Assembly (NCBI RefSeq): GCF_009914755.1
Contig: NC_060935.1
DNA from: the human T2T-CHM13v2.0 reference genome, Homo sapiens
Length of the DNA: 64,000 nucleotides
Reading direction: 5' to 3' (one strand)
Shown: positions 27,763-42,490 of the stretch, piece after piece
Layout of the letters: every line of letters starts with the position of its first letter
Position numbering within the stretch: the stretch's first letter is position 1
The notes under the pieces: model-generated
Told to the model about the DNA's origin: nothing
Database searches by the model: none
What the model saw: only the letters and a program-made list of their open reading frames with translations
Position numbers and translations under genes: made by a program

Positions 27763-30299
27763 TTAGCTATCTATACCACATTATAAATGGGGATATATAC
27801 AGTTATAAAAGATTTTTTTAAATTTTGGGAAAATATATATTTGCGTTCAAAACCCAGTTATCTATAAGTTTCAACTATTGAAGACTATCCTTTAGTGACT
27901 CCTCTGCCCCTCCTTCTCCTACAATTCCAAGTAAGAGTAAAGCAGTTAATATTAAGATTGTGATTCCGGCCAAACTGTGTGTGAATTACACAATTCCAAC
28001 TCCCGGAGTATTGTCAATGTTCTTATCATCTCTAAAATCGAGATTTTTCAATCTATAGAATTGATTCTAACTCTATTTAATTTGCTGTACACTGTTAGGA
28101 TTAAATAGAGTAACCTACTAAATTTTTACAACCTACAAAATCTTTTGTAACCTGCAAAATTTTTACATCTGAAATAAGGTAAGCTTCAAATAGTTATTTT
28201 TTCCACAAAGCATTTTGGTAATTGAGATTTGATTACATTTCTATTTTTAAAAGTTTTGCTTTCCTTTTTTAAATCAATGAATACCATAAAAATTTATTTA
28301 TTATATTATTTTAATTGCACTTACTTTTTTGTCAAAAATATATTTCCTATTGCAACATATTTTATGTAATTTCACTTCAATATTTACAAATAAAATACAA
28401 CTGACAGTCATCATAACACATAAATCTTAAAAATTATCATTTTAAAAAATGATTCTAAAATGTATCTGAAGATTTTGTTCTTCTAAATAAGCATTAGCCA
28501 TAGAAAAATAACAAAATGATGTTATTCTCTGATCTTATAATGGAAGTGAAGAACATTATTCCTTGACTCTTTCAGGGTAGGTAAAAATTTCTAAAGTAGT
28601 CTTTTTTTGTAAACTAAAAATACTTAATAGTAGAAAAGTTATATATGCCAAATTGTATGTATCAAAATTTAGGTACCAGTCCCTATTTCTAACAAGTATT
28701 CTATAATTTATAATTTTGCATATCACAAGAGTTTTTAATCTTTACATAGACATTCTGCTATGCCTAAATGAAAGTGTTTATGACTGTCACAAGTTAGTAT
28801 AAAATTCAAGATCTATGTTGACTCTAAAATAAAGAGTCTTTATCTTGTATCTGGGTCTGGAAGACAAAAACTGGACAATTTACACAGACTGTTAGACAAA
28901 CTGTGTACTTATTTTATAAACCAAAGTTTCTAAGTTAAAACAGTTCACAGAATCTTTTTATCTTCATTCCTACTATTACCCCATGTGTGTTGTGCATAAA
29001 ATTGTGTGTGTGCATGGGCATGAATGCAACACAGAATTAAACTTGAGCACAAAATTCCCTAGGATTCAAGCCATATTAAACTAAATTAGACCATTTTTCA
29101 ACTTAGCCTATCAAAATCACAAAAGAATACTTGCCTATTTATTTTGTTAGCATAACTTTCTTAGGAGAAATTTCTGTAAGAATCTCTTAAATGTAGAGCC
29201 AAAACTGGACAACTAGTATTTTACTTAGTGTGACATACACTTATTTTGAAATATGTTCAAAATTTGCTGTTGAATTCAATAGTCTTAATTTAGAATCATC
29301 ATAGGTTAAGACTGAAAAGGTTAGGAGGTAATCTGATTTAACATTAATACTCTAAAATTTACAGTTTACCCCAAAATATTTACAGTTGCAACTATTAAAA
29401 ACAATTGCATGTACATTTATTTATTTATTTATCTATTCATTCTGTTTGGATTAAATGCCTACTGACAGAAAATGTTCTGGGCTCTACAAAATTGAACAAA
29501 TTAGGCAATGATTTCTGCCCTTGAGTAGATTATATTCTAAAATAGGAGGAAATTAATAAATAATAAACATAACAGATACAGAAATTACACAGTGTATTAG
29601 AAGGTGATCGATGTGTATGAAATAAAATATAGAGCAGAAGAAAGTGGGTTGGGAGAACTTGTCAAAATTATTGCAAACATCATCTTACTTGTTGCCTAAT
29701 AATTCATTATATATGGGTTTCAGAACATATTTAATTCCTGCTCTATTTTGGATAGTTAAGCTGTTTCAAATCATTATTCAAAATTTGGAAAATGTAAATA
29801 AAAAGTTTTGCTAGCTAGAGATAATTTCTTTTTGCATTTTATGGAATTGTATTAATGTATGTTCCTTTTTAAATATTAATGTTAATATTTAAAATTATGA
29901 ATTATGTAATCTAAATATAAATATAATATTTATATTAATTATAATTTGGATTAACTGTAAATAATATTTACAGCTTGAGGTTCATGTTTCTGAATTTGAA
30001 ATTATTTACCTAATAAAAATTATATTACATAATTATAAATGCAGACACATTATTAAAATATTTACATAATAATGCATTGCTTCTTTAGGCAGAAAAATAA
30101 TACTCCAAAAACATTATCATTAAAATAAAAGACTTCCATATTCATGTGGGACAGCAAGCTGTTGACCTCCCTTTTATGCTAATTAGAGATCTGCTTCATC
30201 GCATTGGAGAAAGAAGCAGGCCTAATTTTCATCTTCACTTACAGTCACATTTTGAAAATGGATCATAACTGTGGTTCAAAGTTCTCTACTATTTATTGT

Positions 30300-30665
30300 A
30301 AATGCCAAGTAGTCCCCTGCCTTCACAACTCTCTACTTGCTGGTCCCTCTGCCAGGAAGTCTCTTTCCCTAGATCAAGCAGAGCAGCCCCTTCCAACAAC
30401 ACAGGTCTTAACACAAACATCATCTCAACAAAGAGATTTTTCCTTTCTTGCTACTATAGTAGCTTTTACTCTTAGTCACATTCCCTTATATCACCCATAG
30501 CACTGAAGGGAAATTTTTTATTTTGCTTCCTTATTAACACCTTGTCCTCCTACCTTAGCATGCCCAGCTTCTGTCTGTCTTGGTCTCTGCTATAACCCCA
30601 GTCTCAGCTGAGTAACGGGCACGTAGTAAGTGTTCAATAAATATTTGTTCAATGAGTAATAAATA
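30300..30665 (+). mobile_element. L2 3' end fragment
   Basis: Ends GGCACGTAGTAAGTGTTCAATAAATATTTGTTCAATGAGT. Confidence 0.6.
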
Positions 30666-30879
30666 ATGAAGAAGATCCCAAATTTCTGACAACTAAAATA
30701 TTGCAGGCAATTTATGTTTCTCCATAATTGAAGATTTTTACTCTACTTGAGTTTTCAGTGACAGATTACATGGGAATTGTCGCTTTGCGAAGAAAGAAAA
30801 TGTATTTATGTCTAAGTGGAGGAGAAGAGAGTGGTATAGTACATATTACAGTATAGTATAATATAGTAGGTTTCATATC

Positions 30880-31112
30880 CTTGTTAAGATTGTAAGATGT
30901 GGATCTCATTTGCTAGGGTTTAAATTCTAACTCAGCCCCACTTATTGGGGCAAATTACTTAACTCCTCCGTGTCACATAATTTTTCATCTACAAAATCAA
31001 AATAATAATAGTATTCACCTCATGCAGTCATTGGAAGTACTAAGTGACTTTATTCCTTTTCAATATTTCTGATAGTACATAGTAAATATAAGACAATAAA
31101 GGTTATTATTAT
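30880..31112. mobile_element. MIR
   Basis: GGGTTTAAATTCTAACTC...GGGCAAATTACTTAACTCCTC core. Confidence 0.6.
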
Positions 31113-31243
31113 TATTCAGTGACTATAGTTTTCATCCTTGTGATGGCACTTGAGCATATGATATAAAGAACATATAATCTCTACATAACCAGAAGTTGTG
31201 CATAAAATTGCAATTAAAGTACTAATTGCATCTTTAATTATAC

Positions 31244-31294
31244 CAGTGTTTCCTCTGATGGCATAGCTGTCTTCAGAGATGCATTTGGTAAGTC
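31244..31294 (-). pseudogene. Candidate internal exon, 51 bp
   Basis: tgttttgtttttgtataatAG|GACTTAC...ACACTG|GTATAA; (W)TYQMHL*RQLCHQRKH, or DLPNASLKTAMPSEETL in phase 0. Confidence 0.6.
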
Positions 31295-31809
31295 CTATTA
31301 TACAAAAACAAAACATTAAATAAATATGGGCTATTTCAAAGACGCTGAGTATGTGAAAGCTGAAAACTGTATTAAGTGGAAATTATATATGGCACCAGCA
31401 ATGTGTTTCATCCTCATGTTCCCTGGTTTTGTGATACATCTGTGAAATATTTTCATTGACTTTTTAAAATACATAAAATATCAAAATCAAGCTTTGCTAA
31501 AATGTACTTTAAATATACTGTTCGGTTTTTTACTTCCCATTTCATAAAAAAAATTTTGACTACCTGGATAAATAGTGTGAGTTAAATTTCACCTAAACTT
31601 AATATGTGATAGTGACTTGATAACTCCCTTGACCCAGGAATTCGCCCACACTTACAACTACTGCCATGTTATGGAAACGTATATCTTATTACACTTGAAT
31701 ATTCTGTATGATATTCCTCAGACTCTCTTAATATTTTTAAATTTCTATAATATGTATAAATAAAATTCATTGCTTATGACAGCCTGTGTTAACATTTCTG
31801 CTTCATCCT

Positions 31810-32179
31810 TGATATGGTTTGGCTGTGTCCCCACTCAAATCTCATCTTGAATTGTAACTAACTCCCACAGTTCCCACGTGTCAGGGGAGAAACCCAGTGG
31901 GAGGTAACTGAATCATGGGGGCAGGTCTTTCCTGTGCTGTTCTCGTGATAGTGAATAAGTCTCATGAGATCTCATGGTTTTAAAAATGGGAGTTTCCCTG
32001 CACAAGCTCTCTCTCTCTCTTTGCCTGTCACATACATGCAAGAAAAGACTTGCTCGTCCTTGCCTTCCACCGTGATTGTGAAACTGCCCCAGCCACGTGG
32101 AACTGTAAGTCCATTCAACCTCTTTTTCTTCCCAGTCTCGGGTATGTCTTTATCAGCAGCATGAAAATGGACTAATACA
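31810..32179 (+). mobile_element. THE1-type MaLR solo LTR
   Basis: TGATATGGTTTGGCTGTGTCCCC...GGACTAATACA; perfect 5-bp TSD ATCCT. Confidence 0.93.
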
Positions 32180-32619
32180 ATCCTAGTAGTGGACATTTCT
32201 GACATATGAGATTTGACAACTCTGGATTTAGACAGAAAAGTAGTTCAAGAGGAATAGGACCTAAAAACATTTAATTCCCCAAATATTGCCCCTGATTTTG
32301 TCTGGGGTCTTAAGCTACATCATAAAATTCTTACTTTCTTACTCTCATACTCCTAACACCTAGCAACATATACTTTATACCAACTTTGTACAAATTAATT
32401 CATTAGGAGCTTTTCCCACGTATGATCTGACACATTTCTGCCTTTAAAGAAATTACTGTTTAGTAAGAAAGATATAGACTAATAACTTCAGTACAGAATA
32501 AAAAGTGTCATTATAGTAACAATTAATAGATAGTATTGGCAGAACATTTATTACATTAATAAAATCTAATATAATAATTTTAAAGCTTATTTTAGGTAAT
32601 TCCTGTAATTATATCATGT

Positions 32620-32770
32620 AGTGCTATAAAATCTCCATTTTACAGACAAGGCAATTGAGGCACAGAGAGTTTGAATCACGTATCTGGGGTTATTCAGAAA
32701 GCAAGTAATGAAGCTAGGTTTCCTACCCAGGCAGTATCTGAATCCAGGGTCCAAACTTTTAATTACTCTG
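32620..32770. mobile_element. MIR fragment
   Basis: CTCCATTTTACAGACAAGGCAATTGAGGCACAGAGAG. Confidence 0.65.
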
Positions 32771-33811
32771 CTAAAATCAGTGTATGAATATCATTCTAAG
32801 AGGACAGAAGCAAGTAAGATTTAATAAGCTTTTAGATGAGATGCAAAATAGAGAGCTTTCAAGGAAAGTAACAGAGAGGATATAACATTTGAAGTGAGTT
32901 TCAACAGATGTATAGTTTTCTGGACAGATGATCAAAGAAAGGATGTTTTGTGCAAGGAAAATAGCCTGAACAAAAGCAAAGAAAGAGGGACTGATGATAG
33001 TTGAAATTGTTGAAAACATTTCATTGCCTCATTAACAATGTTCAAATTAATTAAACTAGCATTTAAAGCCCAATATTATCTTCCCTTCGCCTAAATGTCT
33101 AGTTCTGTCTTTCACTCTTCTCTTCTACTATGTAATTTACATAATGTAATATGCACTTCCTGTCACTATCTTCATGCTTTCCTACTTCTATTGTTTCATT
33201 TATACTATTCCATCCATATGAAATCTACTCTGTAGATTTGCCCTGTCCATTTTAAGATAAAAGTGTTCACCACTTAATCTCCAAGGCCAAGTTTAGAAAG
33301 GCCTTTCCCGTTATGAAATATTTCCCTCAAGGAAAGAATTTTCCATATCCCCTTTACCCAATTCTGTAGCCCTTACTTTCTCTATTCATCTCCGTGGTAC
33401 TCATTATTCCACCATATAGTTTGTGCATTATTTATCATTCTGTACATCCGTTAATAATTTTCTATCTACACAAATTTTTACCAGAAAGTTTTCTTGGATG
33501 GAAAAGTTTTATAATAGCAGTAAAGATATTGGGCTTCATAGTCGAACACAGTTTGATGGAAATACTAATTCTGCTATTTGCTAGCTTACCAAGTAGCAAG
33601 TTAGTTACACAATCTGATTTTCTCATCCCGAAAGTGTGCATTAAATACCTCCCTAAATCAATATTGTAAAGATTAAGTTGAAGAGTAAATACAAAGCCCT
33701 TAGCTCAATGTGAGCATCAATGAAATGGTAACTGTGACTATTACTGTTGTTGAGACAAACAGAAAGTTCCAGTAGCAGACATTTAGAAATAATGTATGAA
33801 GAATTAAGCAA

Positions 33812-34003
33812 CATTTCTCAATTTTAGTGTTGATGTTTATTGTATATAATCATCACTTAAGGAGCTTGTTAAAATACAGACTCCATGGTTTTGCCCCCAA
33901 ATACTCTGATTTCCTAGGTCTTGGTAAGGAGCAGTAATCTCTTGCTTAACCAGCCACCCAAATGACTCTACTAAAGATGGTCCAGGGACCATATTTTGAA
34001 GAA
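33812..34003. mobile_element. MER5A-like hAT MITE
   Basis: AATCATCACTTAAGGAGCTTGTTAAAATACAGACTCC...CCAGGGACCATATTTTGAAG. Confidence 0.6.
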
Positions 34004-34063
34004 TGAAGAAATGCCAAAGCAGGGATATGGCCAGTGAAATCTCTAAGCTAAAAAACAATACAC

Positions 34064-34119
34064 GTTTTCAGAAGGTTGTTGCCAGGCTGGGTTTTCAGAA
34101 GGTTGTTGCCAGGCTGGGT
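34064..34119. repeat. Perfect 27-bp tandem duplication
   Basis: GTTTTCAGAAGGTTGTTGCCAGGCTGG twice. Confidence 0.95.
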
Positions 34120-34720
34120 ATAATCAATTTATTTTCTAATCAATTATCTTTCTCTCTCTCTCACCCTCTCTCTCTCACTCTCATTCTCTTCTCTTTCTCT
34201 TAAAAGAATAAAGTAAAGGCTTTTTTTTTTCACAGGACTTCCCAGATTATATGTTCTTTGCAAGAATAGAAGCTTTGATGTGTATACGTAAGCCCTCTCA
34301 TACAATTCTCTGATTTACAAAGAGCAAAAGAGAGCTGCAATAAAGAAAAAAAAAAGAGGAATCTACACAATTGCAGAGATTTATAGAGAAAGCTATTTGC
34401 TTAGATAAAAGATTCACTTTTATTTGGTTGACTAAGGTTGGCTTTGTTCCTGGAAATGCAGTTGAAAGTTCCCCATTATGATTTTAACTCTTCTCAGAAG
34501 CAAAGCACACTTTGATAAATAGCCACCAAAAATTTTCATGGAGATACAATAACACCACTTATCAGTGAATCTCAATTCAAGATGTTATGGAGGAATAGAT
34601 TTGCTTTGATTCTGTCTGCTTCTTTGGGTTTTTTAATAATTCAAATATCTGGCCACATTCCAGAGATTCTCAGAAAAATCTTAAATGAAGCCATGGTATG
34701 TGTTGTTTTTGAAAAAATGA

Positions 34721-35107
<387 letters not shown>

Positions 35108-35848
35108 TTAAGGTGCTTGCTAAAAATATAGATAACAGATTCCTATCCTGGACTTACTAAATCAGAAATCTCTGAGTGGCTTCAGCAATCTACAATAACA
35201 TAGTAATAGGATTTTGGGCTTTGTAGCTAACACAACTGGATGGGAATACTAGCTTTTCTGTTTACTAGTTTCCTAGCTACAATTTCATAATATGTTACAA
35301 AATCTTTGGATTATTTTTATACCACTTAGTCAGTGAGAACCACTACAAACGAAACTGCCAAAGTTGCCTCCACCAGTCCTGTACATAGCAAAGAAAAGGA
35401 TCGTAGGAGACTTAGAGCAGAAAAACCTGAGAACTATGCCAGAAGCTATTCTGTATTTATTTTGAAAAATTACAGATATCAAAAATAGGTGAGCAAATAC
35501 CACAGTGGACACCTGTATACATGACCAAAATGCATCACTAGTTAACAGTTTTGCCATAGTTCTTTTTTTATTTTGATGAAAATTTAAGTCCAAATGGCAA
35601 TACTGTTAGTACTAGGTACTGCATCCTACATCTTCTGTGGTCTCTTATGTAACTGAAATAAAATGCAATACACAAGAAATTTAACACTATTATTATCAAA
35701 TATTTACTTCATCCAAATTTCCCCAATTGTCCTGATAATTTTCATAATTATTTATTTGTTAATTCCAGGCACACTCAAGGATCACATATGGCATTCACTG
35801 TCAGGTTTATTTAGTTTTATTTAATATAGAAGAGTCTTCTGGTCTCCT

Positions 35849-35850
<2 letters not shown>

Positions 35851-35902
<52 letters not shown>
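35851..35902. repeat. (TG)n microsatellite followed by (CG)n, within old L1M-like sequence
   Basis: About 23 TG units then CGCGCG. Confidence 0.95.
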
Positions 35903-35904
<2 letters not shown>

Positions 35905-36490
35905 CATGCATGCATTTGTCTTTCATAGCATTGAATTTTTAAAAAATAATTCCAACTTGCAGAAAATTGTTCAAATAGAATTTTCCCTATTATCCCCTCT
36001 TTATTAGAAAATAAGGTAAATATAATTGCCAAGAAAAATGCATGGGTAAAGTACCCTTCCTGGAACATTTTATCAGGAGGCACATGATGTCAATTGGTCC
36101 CATTTTTGATGATGTAAACTTTAGTCAGAATTTGAAAGTGATGTCCACATTCTTCTTTGCAAAGGCATTCTTCCCCTTTTGTAATTCATAAGTAATCTCT
36201 GGGATGATTCAAAAAGTTCACATGAATATTCTCTTCCACAACAAAATTTTAACCAATACTTCAGTATCCTTTGATGATTTTAGCCCGAATCAATTATTAC
36301 AATAATGGTTGGATAATAGCCACCTTTTAATTCTATCATTCCTTCCTGTTTCTTAGATTACTTTCTTATGTAAGGTATAGCTTTGTCTTCTTCCCCTTCC
36401 CTGATTTTGTTATTATCATGAAGAACTAATGGATTTTTTCCTTCTACTTTTTAATTAAAGTTAATATACATAGGAATATTGCATATGGTT

Positions 36491-37070
36491 GTATAGGAAC
36501 CAAAGGAAAACGTTTCCTTTTATTTCTGATAGTTTGCTAAAAAGTCAACTGTAAATGACAGATTAATAGGATAAATGGCATGCAAATTTATTAGCATTTA
36601 TGGGGAGTATCATAGAGTGATTACCCAATATCCCGATTGGGTACAGATGTTTATATACCCTACTTCTTTGGGGAAAGAGAGATGGGGAAATGTGGATGAT
36701 TTTAGGGGAATTCAATGAGCTTGAAGAACATACGATGGCCTGTTGCAAAATCTATTAGTCCTGCAGAGCAGGCAATGGTTTGTGACAATATATCTGTCCA
36801 GATGGGTTGACAGACTTCAGGTCTTTCCTCCTGCAGTATGAGTTCACTTAATGAAAACTCCAATAAGGAAGGAGAGGTATTTGTTTTCCTCTTTGATGAG
36901 TGCAGACTTTGGGTAGATAAGGGAAATTCAGAGAACACCTTCATTCTGTGATCTGGGAGGAACAGAAGAGGAGAGATTGGAGAGGGGGAAGGTAAGGGAG
37001 ACCTTAAGGCATCTTCAGTTCAGCATGTCAAAGCACCGTATTTGTGGGTATCTCTTTCTGAGCCCTAACA
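36491..37070 (-). mobile_element. MER39-like ERV1 solo LTR
   Basis: Minus strand begins TGTTAGGGCTCAGAAAGAGATACCC...TTTGACATGCTGAACTGAAGA. Confidence 0.75.
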
Positions 37071-37084
37071 GTAACATATTTATT

Positions 37085-38340
37085 CTTTCTGAAGGTGAAT
37101 TTTTAGGGTTAATTTTTAGAAGAAGTAGTATTGTTGGGTTAACCAGTACATATTACGGAAAATATATTTTCAATTATTATTTGTATCACCAGTTTCCAAA
37201 CCAGGAGTGGTAGTATTTTGTACTCCAATCAGCAGTGTCAAAAAGGATCTGTTAATGCACAGCCTTATTAATAGACTGTGTCATATTTTCTAATTTTTAT
37301 CAATCTGATAAATGAGAAATAGTATCTAAGTGTAGTCTTTATATATATATATATATATATATATATTATGAGTATAAACTGAACATCTTATCATATGTTT
37401 CAAGGCTATCTGTAAGTTTTCATGTACTGTTCATGTCTTTTGCTTAATTTTCTTTTGAATTTTTCATAATAATTTACCTTATTTTTAAGAGTTCTTTATA
37501 TGTTGTTACTATATTATAATAATTGATATGGTTTGGCTGTGTCCCTACCCAAAACTCATCTTCAGTTGTAGCTCCCATAATCCTCATGTGTGTGGCAGAG
37601 ACGTGGTGGGAGGTAATTGAGTCATGGGGGTGGGTTTTTCCTGTGCTGTTCTTGTGATAGTGAATAAGTTTCATGAGATCTGATGATTTTATAAAAGGCA
37701 GTTCCCCTGTCCAAGCCTTCTTGCCTACCTCCATGTAAGATGTGCCTTTGCTCCTCTTTCACCTTCTGCCATGATTGTGAGGCCTCCTCAGCCATGTGGA
37801 ACTGTGAGTCCATTGAATCTCTTTCTCCTTATTTTTCTCAGGTATTTCTTATAGCAGCATGAGAATGGACTAAAACAATAATATATAAAATATTACTATA
37901 TTATCCACTTTTGTGATATATTGAAAGTATTTTCTTACAGTTTTAAATGTTTTAAGTTTATTTAAAACAGTTTTAATGTTGTTCAATTTAAAAATGATTT
38001 CTTCTGATGAATCAGAATTTTTGACTCCATTGAAAATGTCTTTCCTCACACTGAGATTAAAAGACCAATTATATTTTTATTGAGTGCTGTGTAGTTTAAT
38101 TTTTACGTGTAGATTTCTGACTCAAAGTATATTTTTTATATACTGTATTATGTGAGGTATGAATACAGTACTATCTTTTTTTCCAAGCGTGACCTAGTTG
38201 TCTCACAACGTGCTATAATATTTCATCTTTCTCCAGTCATTTCAATGCCACTTTTATCAGATGCTAAATTTCTGTATGTACATGAATCTATTTCCAGTTT
38301 TTCTTTTTTTATTTCACCAAGCTATCTGTGTATCCATATG
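37085..38340 (-). mobile_element. Old L1M ORF2 fragment, interrupted by a THE1 LTR and (TA)n
   Basis: Degenerate antisense L1 motifs (CTGTTCATGTCTTTTGC, GAGTTCTTTATATG). Confidence 0.6.
37524..37877 (+). mobile_element. THE1-type MaLR solo LTR
   Basis: TGATATGGTTTGGCTGTGTCCC...GGACTAAAACA; perfect TSD ATAAT. Confidence 0.92.
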
Positions 38341-38613
38341 CCAGTACCAAAAGGGGAACATGCTTCATCAGTCACACAGTGACTATTAGAATTATGAGTA
38401 ATTTTGGTTTTGTTAGTCAGAGAAACCAGAAGACAGGCCACTTGGAGTGGAAGGAAATGGAATTTTCAGAAACAGTTGTTTTAACTCAATTTAATTACTG
38501 CTGGAGTCTTTTTCAATTACTGTCTCTGTCTGTGTCATGTGATTATTTATTTTGAACAGATGAGAGTATTATTGAAAAACCCAGATGTTTCATTTAGCTG
38601 TAGCTCCAGTCAC

Positions 38614-38922
38614 TTTTTTTTTTTTTTTTTTTTTTTTTGAGACGGAGTCTCACACTGTCGTCCAGGCTGGAGTGCAGTGGCGAGATCTCGGCTCACTGCA
38701 ACATCTGCCTCCCAGGTTCAAGTGATTCTCCTTGCCTCAGCCTCCCGAGTAGCTGAGATTACAGGTGCCTGCCACCACACTCAGCTAATTTTTTGGTATT
38801 TTTAGTAGAGACGGGGGTTTCACCATGTTGGACAGGCTGGTCTCAAGCTCTTGACCTCGTGATCCGCCCGCCTCGGCCTCCCAAAGTCCTCTGATTACAG
38901 GCGTGAGCCAACATACCTGGAC
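38614..38922 (-). mobile_element. AluS-type SINE
   Basis: Antisense dimer; TSD GCTCCAGTCA(C/T)TTTT. Confidence 0.97.
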
Positions 38923-38950
38923 GCTCCAGTCATTTTTAAGAGGAAGGATT

Positions 38951-39310
<360 letters not shown>

Positions 39311-39657
39311 TTAGTTCTTTCCCTAATGAGAGGGTTATCATATATGCCTCTGATATTTACTTTGATTTCTGCTTACTTGAATGAATGACAGAAAATATAG
39401 AGAAACTGAATTTAAAATGTGTCAAATGGTATTCATTACAACAAAAGACAAAAAGATTCCCTTTCAAGGAATCTTTTCAACTTTATCTTTTTAAAATCAA
39501 TTAGCAGAAATGAATTGGATTATGTATGCAGATGTTTATTCAGACACAATGATTCTGCTGAATGTTCAAAGATTTTCTTTCTGGTATTCTTTGTTCTGTG
39601 GAATATACTGTATTTTTTTGTTTTGTTTTGCTTGTTTGTTTGTTTTTGCCTTTATAT

Positions 39658-39941
39658 CGCGGTCCCCAACCCTGGGCAGGGACTAGTACTGGATAGGAAC
39701 CATACGCACACAGCAGGAGGTGAGCGGCAGATGAGCATGCCTGACCACCTGAGCTCTGCCTCCTGTCAGATCACATTAGATTCAAATAGGAATTCGAACC
39801 CTATTGTGAACTGCACATGCAAAGGATCTAGGTTGTGTACTCCTTGTGAGAATCTAGTGCCTCTGAAACCATCCCCTGCCTCTGTGGAAATATTGTCTTC
39901 CACAAAACCGGTCCCTGGTGTCAAAAAGGTTGGAGACTGTC
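39658..39941. mobile_element. MER1B-like hAT-Charlie element
   Basis: GCGGTCCCCAACC...GAGCTCTGCCTCCTGTCAGATCA...CCCTATTGTGAACTGCACATGC...AAAAAGGTTGGAGACTG. Confidence 0.85.
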
Positions 39942-40002
39942 GCTTTAGATGTCTTAATTTCTTTATTATTGTAACTATAACAAGCAAAGACAAAATACTG
40001 AC

Positions 40003-40190
40003 CATAGCTTATATTTGCATAGCTCTTCAAAATATTTTGTAATGGAGACTGATTGCCTGGCTTTGCCGTTGGGGTATATGGATATTGATTGCCATGTTTA
40101 AACAAGACCCGCTTAATGTAGACATCCTTCAGTAACAGTGTATACCAGCAGTGTTTTGTTTATAAATGACTTTGTGAAAGCAACAGGTTA
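40003..40190 (-). pseudogene. Candidate internal exon, 188 bp
   Basis: cattctttttttaAG|TAACCTG...AGCTATG|GTCAGT; *PVAFTKSFINKTLLVYTVTEGCLH*AGLV*TWQSISIYPNGKARQSVSITKYFEELCKYKL(W). Confidence 0.6.
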
Positions 40191-41387
40191 CTTAAAAAAA
40201 GAATGTATTATATGAAACGAAAATTAAACACATTCTACTACGAAGCTAACATAGGAGATACAATATACAACACATTGAAAGGGATAGAGTGATATTTTAA
40301 TTCCCGTTTGCTACACAAAGGAACTGATGCAAGTCTTTAGCCAGCTTTGGCTAAAGGAATGAATTGTGTGGTGTTCCGGTATCTAATACTTCTTGAATTA
40401 TATAGTTATGTGCTTCTTCTCCTGGCCCTGGTGGTTGTGCTAAATTAACTCATGATTTTTTTTAAAAAAAAGGAATAAATGAAAAGGAAATATAAATATT
40501 TGGAGCACTGTTATGTTGTTAAATATATTTTATATTATATTATTTGATACTACAAACTCTGTTTATAAATTTGTACAAATTAACATTAAATAATCTTAAC
40601 TAATTGCCTCTTATTAAAAATTTCCCTCCAGGGATTTGGTCTAAGCTAAACTCTGCTGAAAAAAACAAACAAAAAAGAAAGAAAGAAAGAAAGAGAAAGA
40701 AAGAATAAAAAACGCTTCAGTAGCTTAACACCAGTGACGTTGTTTTTCCTATGCAAAGTCTTCCGCAGTTCCCTTCCATACACTGTCGCAGGGATCTAGA
40801 TTTAAAGATTATGGCTTTACTCTCAATATGTCACCTCCACTCTCATTGCAATAGAAGGAATAAAGAGTACGAAAAACCAACGTCTGTTGTTATTTCTAAT
40901 GGGAAGTGGCCCACATCACTGTCCCTGTCGCTTCCAAAGGCCACTGGCTAGAACTATTCTCATAGCCCTACATAACTACAACCTAATTATAAGGGAGAAT
41001 GAGAAATTTAAGCTAGCATACAAAATATTGGGTGAACAATAACTGTCTCTACTACTTGCTTTGCAAAAAGCCTGCTCATTAACCTCTGAAAATCTTCCTT
41101 TTCTTTTCACATATGTTTGAAGTTTTCTTTCTTCTGTGGCAGCTATGGGTATTTTATGTTTTCCAGTTGGCTGTCTCTTTGTTCCACCCATTTGCATTTA
41201 GGAATATGCATTAATGATAAAGAGTATAATTTTCTCTCTCTGGAGGAAAAAGTAACATTTTTATTATATCCTGAGCTGAAGAGGACCACAACAGTCTCTG
41301 GCATCCATATCTATTTATTTCCAATGTACAGACCACAGTTAAATGGTTAAATTTCCAAAGGACACTATTTTACGGTATTTCTATTAC

Positions 41388-41482
41388 CTGAGGCTTATGT
41401 ATGCTGTCAGTGAGCCGATTTTATGCCAAAATTTCTGTTGGATTCATCACTGCCCTGCTTCTATGTTGAAGCACTTTACCAT
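41388..41482 (-). pseudogene. Candidate internal exon, 95 bp
   Basis: cctatctttcAG|ATGGTAA...GCCTCAG|GTAATA; (D)GKVLQHRSRAVMNPTEILA*NRLTDSIHKPQ. Confidence 0.5.
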
Positions 41483-41674
41483 CTGAAAGATAGGCTTAAG
41501 GTAGTGAGTTGGTAATCAGGAGAACTAAATTATTTTTCTCATTTTGTCACTAGCTAATTGTTTTCTTCTGTGGGCATTTCACTTAACTTATCCATGCGTA
41601 AGTTACTTAAACTGTTAAATAAATGTGATAGTATATGAGTCTCTTTCCAAATTTTGTACATATGCACATTTGTA

Positions 41675-42068
41675 TACATCAACTTAAGGTCGGGTTACAT
41701 CCCAGTAAATCCATAGGAAGTTGAAAATAGCATAAGTCAAAAATGCATTTAGTACATCTACCTACTAAATATAGCTAAGCCTAGCCTACCTTAAACATGC
41801 TCAGAACACATACATGAGCCTATAGTTGGGCTAAATCATCTAGCAACATAGCACACTGTAGCATATCAGCTGTTTACCCTTGTGATACCGTGACTGACTG
41901 GGAGCTGTGGTTCTCTTATACTGATCAGCATCTTCAAAGAGTATTGCTACTCCAGGAAAATAACAAAATTCAAAATTTAAAGCATGATTTCTGCTGAGTT
42001 CATATTGCTTTCACACCATTGCAAAGTTGAAAAATTGTAAGTCAAGCAATTGTAAATTGGGGGACTGT
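41675..42068 (+). mobile_element. MER47-type (Tigger) DNA transposon
   Basis: GGGTTACATCCC...AAGTTGAAAAT...GCCTAGCCTACCTTAAACATGCTCAGAACAC...GGGGACTG|TA. Confidence 0.85.
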
Positions 42069-42490
42069 ATTTATAAAACACACAAAACACTTTTTTTTCC
42101 ATGAAATTTGTCTTACAACCCCTATGTATATTCAAGAAAATGAAAGCTTTCTAACTGAAAAGGAGGCACAGGAAGCAAACAGGGGGTTCGCCCAGACTCT
42201 GGATCAAAGCTGAGGCACAGCTATCTAATTCTAGGTCTTAAAGATATAGGCTTTGAAATCCAATGCAATGGATGTTTTCAGATATTTTTCAAATGAAAAT
42301 CTCTTTTATAATCCAAAAGGAAGAATGAGGTTGGTTGTGCCTTTTTGCTATAGATCAAAATTAGTAACTCACTGCAAACATTAAGCAAATGAATGAATCA
42401 CATTTCTCTTTAATGAGATAATCTGTTTCTCTGCATTTATTTAACATTTAAAGTAAAAGGCAGCAAAGGATCATATTTTGATTTAGTGAG

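Noticed and set aside
30243-30288. Possible extra minus-strand exon (donor ACT|GTAAGT; REL*TTVMIHFQNVT)
   Set aside because: Acceptor is purine-rich and weak, and a ~46-nt exon breaks the frame unless another unseen exon compensates; left out of the model
39500-39595. Possible alternative minus-strand terminal exon (ttccacAG|AACAAAG...)
   Set aside because: Short polypyrimidine tract, early stops in all frames, no independent support
39419-40042. Longest ORF in the track (207 aa, +)
   Set aside because: Runs through a (TTTG)n tract and a MER1 transposon and starts at a GTG; no protein-like coherence
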